From Verrucomicrobiota bacterium (GTDB lineage Bacteria; Verrucomicrobiota; Verrucomicrobiia; Limisphaerales; UBA11358), in contig JBEKKZ010000006.1 of assembly GCA_050010435.1 (NCBI GenBank), positions 128,666-192,665 of the forward strand: a stretch of 64,000 nt of DNA, read 5' to 3'. The translations under genes and the position numbers were made by a program. Each line of letters begins with the position of its first letter. Within the stretch, counting starts at the first letter, position 1. Shown piece after piece: positions 9,277 to 18,997 of the stretch. The notes under the pieces were generated by a model, which saw nothing but the letters and a program-made list of their open reading frames with translations, made no database searches and was not told the DNA's origin.

Positions 9277-10671
9277 TTAAATCTCCACCACCTGTTTGTA
9301 TTCCGGCACGATGACTTTGGCTTTTGGCTTCATTTGACGCAAGGTTTCGGCGTGGGCGAGACATTGCGATTCTTCGCCGTGAATGCAGACGATTTTTTTG
9401 ATGTCGCCGGAGATTCTTTCCACGTATTGCTTCAATTCGCCTTTGTCCGCGTGGCCGGAGTAGGTGTCGAGTGAAACAATTTTCGCGCGCACTTCCTGCG
9501 GTTCGCCAAAAATGTTCACCGGGTTCTTGCCGGCCACGATTTGCGCGCCCAACGTATTTTCCGCACAGAAGCCGATGAATAAAATCAAGTTCTTCGGATC
9601 GCCGATGTGGTTTTTCAGGTGATGCCGGATTCGCCCGGCTTCGCACATGCCCGACGCGCTGATGATAACGGCGGGTTCCTTCAGGTCATTGAGTATCTTC
9701 GATTGGTCGGCTTCGCGGATATAGGTCAGGTTCGACATGCCGAAGGGATTCGCCTTTTCGTGCAGGAACCGGTTGATGCTGTCGTTGAAACATTCCGGGT
9801 GCAGGCGGTAAATCTCCGTGGCGTTCACGCTCAACGGGCTGTCCACAAAAATCGGCACGCGCGGTAATTTGCCCGCGAGCGTGAGCTGGTTCAGCACGTA
9901 AACAATCTGCTGCGTGCGCCCGACCGAAAACGCCGGGATGATGACCTTGCCTTTTTGATTCAAGGTTTCCAGCACGAGCCGGCCAACGGTCTGGTCGGCG
10001 TCGGTGCGCACGTCATGTTCGCGTCCGCCGTAGGTGGATTCAATCTGCAGATAATCCACGTTTTCGGCCGGTTGCGGGTCGCGGAGAATTTCATCGTTGC
10101 CGCGGCCCACGTCGCCACTAAACAGGTAACGGAATTTTCGATTGCCTTCGCGCACGTCCAAAATGACCTGCGCCGCGCCCAGAATGTGTCCGGCGTCGCG
10201 AAACGTGACGGTGACGCCGTCCACAACCAGAAACGGGCGTTCGTAGCTGACGGCGACGAATTGATGCAACGTTTTCTCCGCGTCGGCGATGGTGTAAAGC
10301 GGTTCGACCGGCGGGAGTTTTTTCTTCGCCCGCTGCTTGGAGACGAACACGGCGTCGTCCATCTGGATGTGCGCGGAATCCACGAGCATGATGCTGCAAA
10401 GGTCGCGCGTGGCGAAGGTGCAATGGATGTTGCCGGTGTAGCCCTGCTTGACGAGGTTCGGCAGGTTGCCCGCATGGTCCATGTGCGCGTGGCTCAAGAC
10501 GACGGCGTCAATCTGCTTCGGGTCGAACGGAAAGCAGCAGTTGCGCTGGATGGATTCCTCGCGGTGGCCCTGAAAGAGGCCGCATTCGAGCAACAGCCGC
10601 TTGCCGTTGATCTCGAACAGGTACATCGAGCCGGTGGTGGTGCGCGCCGCGCCGAGGAAGTGGATTTGCAT
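9277..10671 (-). CDS. MBL-fold metallo-hydrolase with beta-CASP/RNA-specificity domain (CPSF73/RNase J-like)
   Basis: MQIHFLGAARTTTGSMYL...VLSHAHMDHAGNLP (HxHxDH), 464 aa, with a C-terminal beta-CASP-type region. Confidence 0.85.
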   Translation of the reverse strand: MQIHFLGAARTTTGSMYLFEINGKRLLLECGLFQGHREESIQRNCCFPFDPKQIDAVVLSHAHMDHAGNLPNLVKQGYTGNIHCTFATRDLCSIMLVDSAHIQMDDAVFVSKQRAKKKLPPVEPLYTIADAEKTLHQFVAVSYERPFLVVDGVTVTFRDAGHILGAAQVILDVREGNRKFRYLFSGDVGRGNDEILRDPQPAENVDYLQIESTYGGREHDVRTDADQTVGRLVLETLNQKGKVIIPAFSVGRTQQIVYVLNQLTLAGKLPRVPIFVDSPLSVNATEIYRLHPECFNDSINRFLHEKANPFGMSNLTYIREADQSKILNDLKEPAVIISASGMCEAGRIRHHLKNHIGDPKNLILFIGFCAENTLGAQIVAGKNPVNIFGEPQEVRAKIVSLDTYSGHADKGELKQYVERISGDIKKIVCIHGEESQCLAHAETLRQMKPKAKVIVPEYKQVVEI

Positions 10672-10755
10672 GGGGCAATCGTGTTGCGTATTGTGTGTTG
10701 CGTCAAGCAGCCACCCTGAGCCGCTGTTGAATACTTGACGTAATACGCACCATGC

Positions 10756-10974
10756 TTAGCTGTGCCGGTACGTGATGCGCGCCTTGTTCAAATCGTAGGG
10801 TGACATCTCAACGTTGACCTTGTCGCCGACGCTGATGCGGATGAAATTTTTGCGCATCTTGCCGGAGATATGTGCGAGCACTTCGTGGCCGTTAGGCAGC
10901 GCCACCCGAAACATCGTGCCGGGCAGCACTTGTGTAACGTTTCCACTTAATTCAATTGGCTCTTCTTTAGCCAC
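10756..10974 (-). CDS. infA: translation initiation factor IF-1
   Basis: A GTG start at 10974 gives (M)[69 protein letters not shown]. Confidence 0.9.
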   Translation of the reverse strand: MAKEEPIELSGNVTQVLPGTMFRVALPNGHEVLAHISGKMRKNFIRISVGDKVNVEMSPYDLNKARITYRHS

Positions 10975-11090
10975 TATGTGTCGTTGAATTATAAAAAGTA
11001 ATACCATTCGCCCCGCGTAAAATCAATTCATTTTCGCCGCAAAAATTCAGTGGACATCCGCCGCCATTTCGATAAAGTCACCGTAATCTT

Positions 11091-11348
11091 ATGAAAAATG
11101 ACAACATTACGACCGCTTTAAATCTCGTGCTGGCTGTGCTGGCGATTTTGGGCGTGATTTTCGCGCTGCAGACGATTTTCCGCACGCGCGAGTTGCGCTC
11201 CCTTCAAATGCAGGCAACCCAGGCCAACGGCTACAGCATGGCCGTCGAATCGCTCGCCAATGACGCATTCGCTTACAGCCAGAAAAATCCAAATTCGGAC
11301 ATTCTCCGTATCCTGCAACTCACTCAAGCCAAACCCGCCAACCGCTAA
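11091..11348 (+). CDS. small single-pass membrane protein, function unknown
   Basis: 85-aa ORF with one clear TM helix (LNLVLAVLAILGVIFAL). It is co-oriented with the next small gene. Confidence 0.4.
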   Translation: MKNDNITTALNLVLAVLAILGVIFALQTIFRTRELRSLQMQATQANGYSMAVESLANDAFAYSQKNPNSDILRILQLTQAKPANR

Positions 11349-11353
11349 TTGCC

Positions 11354-11704
11354 ATGAACGAATCTGAAACGAATTCCCGCGCGCAAACTGAATTGATGGA
11401 TCAGATTGTCGCTTTGCGACATCAGGTTTTCACACTGCTGCTCGCGCTCGTCGTGGTCAGTGGCACGCTCACTGTCGTTTTGTATCGGCAGGCCAGACTT
11501 ACCGGCAAAGACATTGCCGCCATTAAACCGCAAGCCACAAAAATCATTCAGGCATTCGCCCAAAGACGCGCGGGCATGGAAAATTTCGTGAAACAACTCA
11601 CGGCCTACGGCAGCACGCACCCCGACTTCCAGCCGATTCTCCTAAAATACGGAATTGTGCCGCAGGCACAACCCGCCGCCACACCCGTCGCGCCTAAGAA
11701 GTAA
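11354..11704 (+). CDS. small single-pass membrane protein, function unknown
   Basis: 116-aa ORF with one TM helix (FTLLLALVVVSGTLTVVLY), 6 nt after the previous ORF. Confidence 0.4.
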   Translation: MNESETNSRAQTELMDQIVALRHQVFTLLLALVVVSGTLTVVLYRQARLTGKDIAAIKPQATKIIQAFAQRRAGMENFVKQLTAYGSTHPDFQPILLKYGIVPQAQPAATPVAPKK

Positions 11705-12104
11705 TCGCCGCCAGCCGCGCGCCGCAGTTCGGACAAAAATTCGACTGCGGCGGACAACTCTTGCCGCAACCGGAGCAATCCGTGTGCGCTTCCTTGTGCC
11801 GCCGATGGATGATGAGATTACGGGTATAAGGAATCCAGGCGACGGCGTAGGCGAAAATAAAAACGGAATCCCGCTTGTGCAGCGAATAAGCCAGCATCAG
11901 CAGTGACCCCGCCAGGCTTAACCACCAGAACGCCGTCGGCACCACCACGCGTTTTTTCTTTTCGGTGGCATACCATTGGATATAAAAGCGCGCGCAGAAC
12001 ACCAAGTTGCCCAGCCAGCCAATGACCTTCCAGAAACCCCAATCAATGCCGAGCAGTTTGCCATTGTACCAGATCAGATTGGTCAGCCAGTCCATAATGG
12101 CCAC
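11694..12104 (-). CDS. lipid-A-disaccharide synthase N-terminal (LAB_N) domain membrane protein with C-terminal zinc ribbon
   Basis: GWLGNLVFCARFYIQWYATEKKKRVVVPTAFWWLSLAGSLLMLAYSLHKRD...YTRNL matches the LAB_N pattern. The tail is CSGCGKSCPPQSNFCPNCG. Confidence 0.7.
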   Translation of the reverse strand: MAIMDWLTNLIWYNGKLLGIDWGFWKVIGWLGNLVFCARFYIQWYATEKKKRVVVPTAFWWLSLAGSLLMLAYSLHKRDSVFIFAYAVAWIPYTRNLIIHRRHKEAHTDCSGCGKSCPPQSNFCPNCGARLAAITS

Positions 12105-12148
12105 AGCTTAAACCTGTGACCGCCCAAACCGAAAGCGCAAAGCGCGAC

Positions 12149-12352
12149 TCAACCGCCCGCGACGATTTTTACAATTTCCAGCCGGTCGCCCGCATTGAGC
12201 TGGCGTTGGGAAAATTCCGACGGCGCGACCGCCTCGCCGTTGTGCTCCACGACGACGCTGCGCGGCAAAAGTTTTTGCGCGACCAGAAATTCCTCAATCG
12301 AGCACGGCAGCTTCGCCTCGATTGGCTTTCCGTTGGCGATGATCGTAGGCAT
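12149..12352 (-). CDS. thiS: sulfur carrier protein ThiS
   Basis: ATG 12352 gives MPTIIANGKPIEAKLPCSIEEFL...RLEIVKIVAGG, 67 aa with a C-terminal GG. Confidence 0.8.
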   Translation of the reverse strand: MPTIIANGKPIEAKLPCSIEEFLVAQKLLPRSVVVEHNGEAVAPSEFSQRQLNAGDRLEIVKIVAGG

Positions 12353-12388
12353 GTTCAAGTTTTTGTAATTCGGTTCAGACAAACACCC

Positions 12389-12474
12389 AACATTCAACAT
12401 CGAACTCTGAACATCGAAGTTCTCAAACTACCGCACGTTGGACGTTCAATGTTCGATGTTCCGTGTTCGATGTT
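12389..12474. repeat. imperfect palindrome built from AACATCGAAC/GTTCGATGTT units
   Basis: CAACATCGAACTCTGAACATCGAAG lies opposite GTTCAATGTTCGATGTTCCGTGTTCGATGTT, between thiH and thiS. The GTTCGATGTTCC unit recurs at about 44677. Confidence 0.5.
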
Positions 12475-12480
12475 TCTTTC

Positions 12481-13725
12481 TCAGGCCGTCAACGCCGCGT
12501 CCCAATCCTTCCACACCGGTTCGTATCCAAGCCGGCGGATCAACTCCGCCACTTCCTGCGACGAACGTTCGTCGGCAATTTGGAATTGTCCCGTCGCGGG
12601 CGTCGCGTTTTCCGGCATGCCCGCCCATTCACTCGCACCGAGTTCCACAATCCGACCGCGCACGGTTTGATGAATCTTCTCCTTGCCCGCGCCGGTGTAA
12701 CCGCCCGGTTCGGTATGGCTGCCCGCGCTCATCATCGTCACGCCCAGCGGAATCAACCCGTCGCGCAGCTTCGCCGGTTCGCGCGTCGAAAGCACAAGGC
12801 CGACATCGGGGAATGTCAGCCGTAACGCGCAGACGAGTTGCGCCAGGTTGCGGTCGGTCATGTGCGTGAGCGGCTGGAATTCGCCCGCGCACGGACGCAG
12901 CCGCGGCAGGGAAATTGTCAACTGCGCCTTCCAGCAATTCCGCAGCAAATAATCCGCATGCGCCGCCACGCTGATGGCCTCGTAACGCCAGTCGGCCAGA
13001 CCGTAAAGCGGGCTGATGCCGAGCCGCCGGAATCCCGCCGCATAGCCGCGCTCCGGCGTTTCGAGCCGCCAGTCAAAATTCCGTTTCGGGCCGGCGGTGT
13101 GCATGTCCGCATAGACTTTGCGGTCGTAGGTTTCCTGATAAACCACCAGCCCGTCCGCACCCGCTTCGACGAGCGGCCGATAATCCTCCGTCTCCATCGG
13201 CCCGACTTCGAGCGAAATGCCCGGCCAGTCGCGATGCAGCACGGCGATGCAATCCTTGAGGTAATCATTGGAAACAAACTTCGGATGTTCCCCCGCGACC
13301 AGCAGGATGTTGCGGAAGCCTTGCGCCTTGATTGCCCCCGCCTCGCGTTTCACCTCCTCCAGCGACAAGGTGACGCGCAGGATCGGGTTGTCACGCGAGA
13401 AGCCGCAGTATTTGCAATTGTTGACGCACTCGTTGGAAAGGTACAGCGGCGCGAACAGGCGGATGACCTTGCCGAAGCGTTGCTGCGTCGCCGCGTGCGA
13501 ACGCCGGCCCATGTGTTCCAGCAATTCCCCGCCCGCCGGCGAAATCAAATGCGCGAAATCGGCAAGCGACAATTTTGTCTTCGCCATGCTCTCGCGCACG
13601 GCCTGGGCGCCGGCTGACTGCGAACGCTTCACGAGCGATTCCAGCGGCAACGAATTGAATTCAACGACGAAACTCACGACACCAACGTAGCAAATCGACG
13701 GGCAAAGTCGAGGCGAGCTTGGCAT
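12481..13725 (-). CDS. thiH: 2-iminoacetate synthase ThiH (radical SAM)
   Basis: LYLSNECVNNCKYCGFSRDN is a CxxxCxxC motif in ThiH context. The length is ThiH-like. The true start may lie slightly downstream of 13725. Confidence 0.85.
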   Translation of the reverse strand: MPSSPRLCPSICYVGVVSFVVEFNSLPLESLVKRSQSAGAQAVRESMAKTKLSLADFAHLISPAGGELLEHMGRRSHAATQQRFGKVIRLFAPLYLSNECVNNCKYCGFSRDNPILRVTLSLEEVKREAGAIKAQGFRNILLVAGEHPKFVSNDYLKDCIAVLHRDWPGISLEVGPMETEDYRPLVEAGADGLVVYQETYDRKVYADMHTAGPKRNFDWRLETPERGYAAGFRRLGISPLYGLADWRYEAISVAAHADYLLRNCWKAQLTISLPRLRPCAGEFQPLTHMTDRNLAQLVCALRLTFPDVGLVLSTREPAKLRDGLIPLGVTMMSAGSHTEPGGYTGAGKEKIHQTVRGRIVELGASEWAGMPENATPATGQFQIADERSSQEVAELIRRLGYEPVWKDWDAALTA

Positions 13726-13772
13726 TGCGCAACGGGCGTAGTTTGTGAAACATTGGCACGGGCGAATTTCAC

Positions 13773-15062
13773 ATGGCAGCCAAAATTCCAGTTCGGCAGC
13801 GCACGCGCACGACGGCGTCGGTCATGATCCTCGGCGTCGGGTCGTTCGCGCACAGCATCGGGCGGGCGCTGGCGGACGCGGGCTCAAACGTTTCGACTTA
13901 TCTCACCCGCAATTACGGCCATTTCCCGCCGTCGCTGGTCGGGCCGACATTTTCGCGCGACGCGTTTCCCAGCCCGGTTCCGCTCATCAAGAAAAACGGC
14001 GTGGAGGTCGTCATCCCCCAATCCATTGATTGGGCGCTTGCACCCTGGGCGGAGGATTTGTTGCAGTCAGGCGCCGGCATTTTCAGCCCCACGCGCGAGG
14101 CGATGCGCATCGAGCGCGAGCGCAACTTCGCCCGCAAGCTGTGTGCGGATTTCAAAATTCCGTTTCCGCAGGCCTACGTTGCCTCAAACCTTCTGGCGGC
14201 CGAAAAAATCCTGGCGCGGCATCCGCAGCCGTTCGTCATCAAAAATCCGCTCTGCTCGCCGACGAGTCCGATCCACACGATCCTCTGCGAGACGGTTGAG
14301 GACACCCGCGCGTGGCTGCGGCACGTCAATTATGCCGAGGGGGTTTTTTTGCAGGAATATCTCGGCCGCGTCGAGGCCGGACACATCGTGCTGGTGAGCG
14401 GCGGCGAGATTTATTCGCTCGTCACGAACCAGGAATACAAATACGCCTTCAATGGCAACCAGGGCGTCGTCGCCGGCGCGCCGCTCGGCGGGTTGGTCGA
14501 GCGAGATCCGGACGACAAATACGGCCTGGCGCGAAAACTCATCCATCCGTTGCTGCCGTGGTTGCGGGCGGCGAATTTCAACGGGCCGCTGCAGGTCACC
14601 GCCATCAAGCGCGGCAGCCGATGGCACGTCATCGAATACAACATCCGCATCGGCGTCACTTCCGGCCCGATGATCTTGCGGATGCTCAAGCATCCGGCGG
14701 AAGTTGTTTTACGAACCGCGCAGAACCAGAAGCTGGACCTGCAGTTCAACGAAAAACTCGATTTCGGCTGTTCACTCACGCTGGCCGGTTACGGCTATCC
14801 CTTCATCCAGGTGCGCAGCCCGCATCTGCCGCTGGAAGTGGACGGGAAATTCGATTGCGATGTTTGGTGGAACGAAGTGGCCCGCGGCGCGGACCAAAAG
14901 CTCATGTCCACCGGCCATCGCATTGCGGACGTGATTGCACTGGCACCCAGGCTCGACGCGGCGATTGCCAGGGCTTACGCGAACATCCGCAAAATCCGGG
15001 TGGTCGGGAGCTATTTCCGGACGGACATCGGGAAAAGTTTATGGCCGCCGGGCACCATCTGA
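13773..15062 (+). CDS. ATP-grasp enzyme, PurD (phosphoribosylamine-glycine ligase)-like
   Basis: ILGVGSFAHSIGRAL... is a PurD-like N-domain. PFVIKNPLCSPTSP... and the ATP-grasp-like core follow. An alternative start is at 13824. Confidence 0.55.
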   Translation: MAAKIPVRQRTRTTASVMILGVGSFAHSIGRALADAGSNVSTYLTRNYGHFPPSLVGPTFSRDAFPSPVPLIKKNGVEVVIPQSIDWALAPWAEDLLQSGAGIFSPTREAMRIERERNFARKLCADFKIPFPQAYVASNLLAAEKILARHPQPFVIKNPLCSPTSPIHTILCETVEDTRAWLRHVNYAEGVFLQEYLGRVEAGHIVLVSGGEIYSLVTNQEYKYAFNGNQGVVAGAPLGGLVERDPDDKYGLARKLIHPLLPWLRAANFNGPLQVTAIKRGSRWHVIEYNIRIGVTSGPMILRMLKHPAEVVLRTAQNQKLDLQFNEKLDFGCSLTLAGYGYPFIQVRSPHLPLEVDGKFDCDVWWNEVARGADQKLMSTGHRIADVIALAPRLDAAIARAYANIRKIRVVGSYFRTDIGKSLWPPGTI

Positions 15063-16754
15063 ATTCCCTTGATGTTTTAACGCCTCCGCCTTGTGTTCGT
15101 GTATCGCTGCGCGCTTAAAGTTGTCCACGGACTTGAAATGCGCCGCCAGTTCGCGCTGCAGTGCATATTCAACCGATTCGCGTTGGAGCGAACGTTTCGA
15201 CCAAACAAGGCCAAGTGCCGCCAGGCCGGCCAGCAAGACAGCGATTCCCGCCGGATTTGCCCGCGCCAAACCAAGGGCCCCGCGCGCCAGCCCGCATCCG
15301 CAAAGACTGATAAACAAGACCAATCCGCATGACAGTATCGCCATGGAATGGCGCAGCAGCCACTGCGAAAGGACGGCCAACCGACCCGGGATTTGAGCGG
15401 ACGATGGCGGAAGACACACTGCGGGCATGATGGTCTGCAGTTTTGCATTGTTCAGCACTTGCAGGACCAGCTTTGGGTCCGGGCGCACGGTGGGTTTTTC
15501 AAGAAATCCGGCCGCGTCACCCGTGGCCATGAATGTTTCCACGCGTTCTTCCGCCACCAGGTTCATCATGCGACTGGGAATCAAAAGATCTTCCACCACG
15601 ATCTGTGAAATCCGGCCCAGGCCAAAAAAAATGACGCCGGCAAAAACCAGCGGCAACAACATCCCGGTCCGGTTCAGCCATTGGCTGCGCAACCCCGACT
15701 GTTGGAGCAGCACCGTTGCGAAAAGACCAGCAATGACAAAAATATTCAATACGTCCATGTAACGACTGGCTGGAACCGCCTCCCCATAATTCGCGCGTCC
15801 GTACGCCAGGGCGGCGGATTGCAACCCGCCCCACAGCCCGAAGACCAGCAGAAACTCAGCCGCCCGCGGCTCCGAAAAGTTGGGCCGGAAATACAAGGCA
15901 ACCAATACCGCCAGGGGCAGCGAAAGCAGGCACACCATTTCCGGAGCGTTGTAAAATGGCCAGGTCAGGTTGCGCGCCAGGGCGGAGGTAAATTCCATCA
16001 ATGAATGCGCCCGCAAGGGACGATCACCTTCCATCGTAACGCTCAGGGCCGCACCCAGCCCAATCACCACCAGGCACGCGCCCAGCGTGATCAAATTTTC
16101 CCTTTCCATCCGCCGGTTTTTTATGGCGCGCAAAACCATCAGCCCGCCAACCGCCATCGGCGCAAGCAAACCCGAAGCCATGGTAAACAAACCCATGATC
16201 GCCGCGGCCAATCCAAACCACCATCGCCGGCCCCCCGGTTTTCCAAACCCCAGTCCGGCCAGTGTCGCCAATGAAAAGATGCTCAGGAAATATTGTTGGG
16301 AATTGATTGCCCAAATGGTGTTTTCCGCGGCATAGGGCAGCGCGAAAAATGGCGCCAGCAGAAAACAAATGAGCCATCCGCTTTTCCGCCCCAGAAAATC
16401 CCACAGGCAAAACGCCAGTCCGCAAACGAAAATCGCGTGGATGAACGCGTTGACCGTCATCTGCAACAACGGCTCCCATCGCCCGTTCAGCCAAATGACG
16501 CCCAAATCGAGCAGGCGGGTGAAGAGAATTCGATGCTCATTATCGGGCGCAAAAAAGGCCTGCCACGTCAGATGCCCTTCCACCCAGGGCCGGAAAAACA
16601 ATTCCGCCTCATACCACTGATCCCACAATGGAAGGGGCGACCCATAAAGCTGCACCACCCACAATTTGGCCCCCAGCACGACCAAAAACAACGCGGCCAG
16701 CCATACGCTGAAATGTTTGAACGAGTCGCTCGTCGGGTTCGTTGGCCTGGTCAT
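15039..16754 (-). CDS. polytopic membrane protein, paralogue A (possible GT-C-type glycosyltransferase)
   Basis: Its N-terminal about 100 aa align closely with the next gene (VVLGAKLWVVQLYG...WDQWYEAELFFRPWVEGHLTW...DNEHRILFTR). It has more than 10 predicted TM segments. Confidence 0.6.
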   Translation of the reverse strand: MTRPTNPTSDSFKHFSVWLAALFLVVLGAKLWVVQLYGSPLPLWDQWYEAELFFRPWVEGHLTWQAFFAPDNEHRILFTRLLDLGVIWLNGRWEPLLQMTVNAFIHAIFVCGLAFCLWDFLGRKSGWLICFLLAPFFALPYAAENTIWAINSQQYFLSIFSLATLAGLGFGKPGGRRWWFGLAAAIMGLFTMASGLLAPMAVGGLMVLRAIKNRRMERENLITLGACLVVIGLGAALSVTMEGDRPLRAHSLMEFTSALARNLTWPFYNAPEMVCLLSLPLAVLVALYFRPNFSEPRAAEFLLVFGLWGGLQSAALAYGRANYGEAVPASRYMDVLNIFVIAGLFATVLLQQSGLRSQWLNRTGMLLPLVFAGVIFFGLGRISQIVVEDLLIPSRMMNLVAEERVETFMATGDAAGFLEKPTVRPDPKLVLQVLNNAKLQTIMPAVCLPPSSAQIPGRLAVLSQWLLRHSMAILSCGLVLFISLCGCGLARGALGLARANPAGIAVLLAGLAALGLVWSKRSLQRESVEYALQRELAAHFKSVDNFKRAAIHEHKAEALKHQGNSDGARRP

Positions 16755-16880
16755 TTCGAGAAGCCTTGCTTGGACGCGAACCTATGTCAATTTCACAACG
16801 ACGCAAGTCCGCAAACCGCTCAATGGGGAATGCCGGCGGGCGCAAAAGGGACGGCGCCAATTCGTGAAGCTTGCCGGCCG

Positions 16881-18887
16881 TTACCCGGCAGCAAAATTCC
16901 GTTCCAACCAGACCCACGCCAGCGCGACCAATCCGGCCAATAAAACAAGCAATTCAACCAAGCCGTGGTTCAAAAAAAGACTTTTCCCGATGATGCAGCG
17001 AACCACGCCCCATCCGGAAAGCAAAACCCCCAAACCCAACCCGGCCAATAAAATGACGACCGCGTGGTTGAGCAGCAAAAGCGCGTAATAGGAAAGACGT
17101 CCGCATTGGTTGATTTCGCCCACTGCCACCCACGTGTCATGATTTTGATTGGTGACTTCCAGCCGGAATGGGTTTTGGGGCGCCGACACCATGATCGCCT
17201 GCCACCGTCCGGTGCTTTCCGGATGCAGTTCAATTCTGCGACCGGTGGATTGTTCCACCAGCTGAAGGCTGACACCTTCCAGCCTGGGCCCGCAGCATAA
17301 TTTCAGGCTCAGTTTTGGCAAAGTGGCGCACAGTGGTTTGCTGACAAAATGCCCGGTCACGGCCACTCCGTTTGAGCAATTACCCCACACGGGTATGAAT
17401 TCCTGTTCTGGTGTTCCGGGCGGGCAACCATTCAGAACCAATGCGGCATCGGATTTTTCGTCCCTTTCCAGTTTTAATGGCGGACGGCAGGCGGCAGGCA
17501 TAATCCGCAACAGGTTGGGATCACGCAGCAATTCCACCAACACATTAGCGTCCGAATACGGAATATCCCAAAGCGGTTTGTTTAGCAAACAGGCAGGATC
17601 GTCCGTGGCAACAAATGCCCGCACATTTTGCTCCTCAATCCGGCCCATCCGCCGGCTGAACTGCATGTAATTTTCCGCCCGGCCACCGCCCATCGTTGCC
17701 CAGGAGATCTGCCACATTCCCAAAAACAAACAACCTGCCCAAGCCATCGCCAGCAGACCCACCAACGGCCGTGACAGCCGGCGATATTCTGTATTCTCTC
17801 CCAGGATGAACAAACTGGCCAGACTCGCGACGGAGAGGGTGCAGAGGGTGTCCATGTATCGGCTGCTGTTGCCCAAGTGCGCGCGTCCATAAGCCAGGGC
17901 CGCGGCCTGCAGGAAACCCCAAAAGCCAAGGGTTAGAACAAATTCAGCCGCCCGGGGGTCTTTGAAGTCCGACCGGAAGTATTTGATGACCGTGATCGCC
18001 AGCGGCAGACAAATGGCCAACAGCAAGGCCGGCTGATTCATGAACGGCCATGCCAGATTGCCCAGCAGCGCTTCCCCAAATGTCAAAAACCGTCCGGCCC
18101 GGTAATGCCCGTGTTTTTGAATGGCAACATCCAGGATCAGGCCGGAAATAAAAACCACCAGACTGCAACCAAGGGTAACCCATTGACCTTGAATGATGCC
18201 CCTCCGCTTTAACCGGCGAAGAACCAGCAGCCCGATGACGGCCAGGGAAGCCAATAAACCGGACCCCATCGTAAAGAGGGACATCCCCGCCGTTGCGAGC
18301 CCGCAAAACCACCAGCCGCCACCCGGCGAACCGAACCCCAGTCCGATGATGGTGACAACGGCAAAAATGCTCAAAAAATATTCCTGGGAATGAAAGCCGT
18401 GAATCGTATTTTCAGCCGCAAAGGGAAAGGCGAAAAACGGCACCAGTAAAAAACAGATCAACCCTTCATGTTTTCGACCGGTAAAAATCCACAGGCCATA
18501 CGCCAGTCCGCAGGCATAGCCGGTGTGAATGAACGCGTTGATGACCATCTGCAGGATGGGGTCCCACTGGCGGTTGAGCCACAACCCCAACAAGTCCAGC
18601 GCGCGGGTGAAAAAAATCCGGTGCTCGTTGTGCGGTGCAAACCATGCGCCCCACGTCAGATGGCCTTCCAGCCAGGGTTTGAACAAAAGCTTCGCTTCGT
18701 CCCATTGATCCCAGTAGGGAATGGCCGTTCCGTACACCTGGATCACCCAAAGTTTGGCCCCCAGCACCACCAGCAACAACGCCGACAACCACGCCGCGAG
18801 CCGCCGGTTGAAATTTTTGGACTGCACGCGACTGTGGTACTCATCAACCATCCGCAAATCAAGAACGTCCGCGTTGGGGCAAACCAC
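16881..18887 (-). CDS. polytopic membrane protein, paralogue B, with an extra C-terminal soluble region
   Basis: VVLGAKLWVIQVYG...WDQWDEAKLLFKPWLEGHLTW...HNEHRIFFTR. 668 aa. An alternative start is about 12 codons downstream. Confidence 0.6.
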   Translation of the reverse strand: MVCPNADVLDLRMVDEYHSRVQSKNFNRRLAAWLSALLLVVLGAKLWVIQVYGTAIPYWDQWDEAKLLFKPWLEGHLTWGAWFAPHNEHRIFFTRALDLLGLWLNRQWDPILQMVINAFIHTGYACGLAYGLWIFTGRKHEGLICFLLVPFFAFPFAAENTIHGFHSQEYFLSIFAVVTIIGLGFGSPGGGWWFCGLATAGMSLFTMGSGLLASLAVIGLLVLRRLKRRGIIQGQWVTLGCSLVVFISGLILDVAIQKHGHYRAGRFLTFGEALLGNLAWPFMNQPALLLAICLPLAITVIKYFRSDFKDPRAAEFVLTLGFWGFLQAAALAYGRAHLGNSSRYMDTLCTLSVASLASLFILGENTEYRRLSRPLVGLLAMAWAGCLFLGMWQISWATMGGGRAENYMQFSRRMGRIEEQNVRAFVATDDPACLLNKPLWDIPYSDANVLVELLRDPNLLRIMPAACRPPLKLERDEKSDAALVLNGCPPGTPEQEFIPVWGNCSNGVAVTGHFVSKPLCATLPKLSLKLCCGPRLEGVSLQLVEQSTGRRIELHPESTGRWQAIMVSAPQNPFRLEVTNQNHDTWVAVGEINQCGRLSYYALLLLNHAVVILLAGLGLGVLLSGWGVVRCIIGKSLFLNHGLVELLVLLAGLVALAWVWLERNFAAG

Positions 18888-18997
18888 TGAACCTTTTCCA
18901 GGCTAAGGTGGATGCGCCTGAAAAACCGGTTGCGCCAAACACCATATTTTTCGTGTCATTTGGCACGATTCGTGGTTAAACAGTTCCCGGCAATTTA

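Noticed and set aside
8064-9336. Self-mobile element (integrase or transposase) as the cause of the gene-end duplications
   Set aside because: No recombinase-like ORF, tRNA target or terminal inverted repeats were seen here, at 32095-34485 or at 59961-62984. The duplicated segments are copies of the host gene itself rather than short target-site duplications.
13726-13772. Possible TPP riboswitch upstream of thiH
   Set aside because: Only about 47 nt separate thiH from the divergent ATP-grasp gene. I could not find the conserved CUGAGA / ACCUGAUCUGGAUAAUGCCAGCG-type core on the minus strand. A covariance-model scan would settle it.
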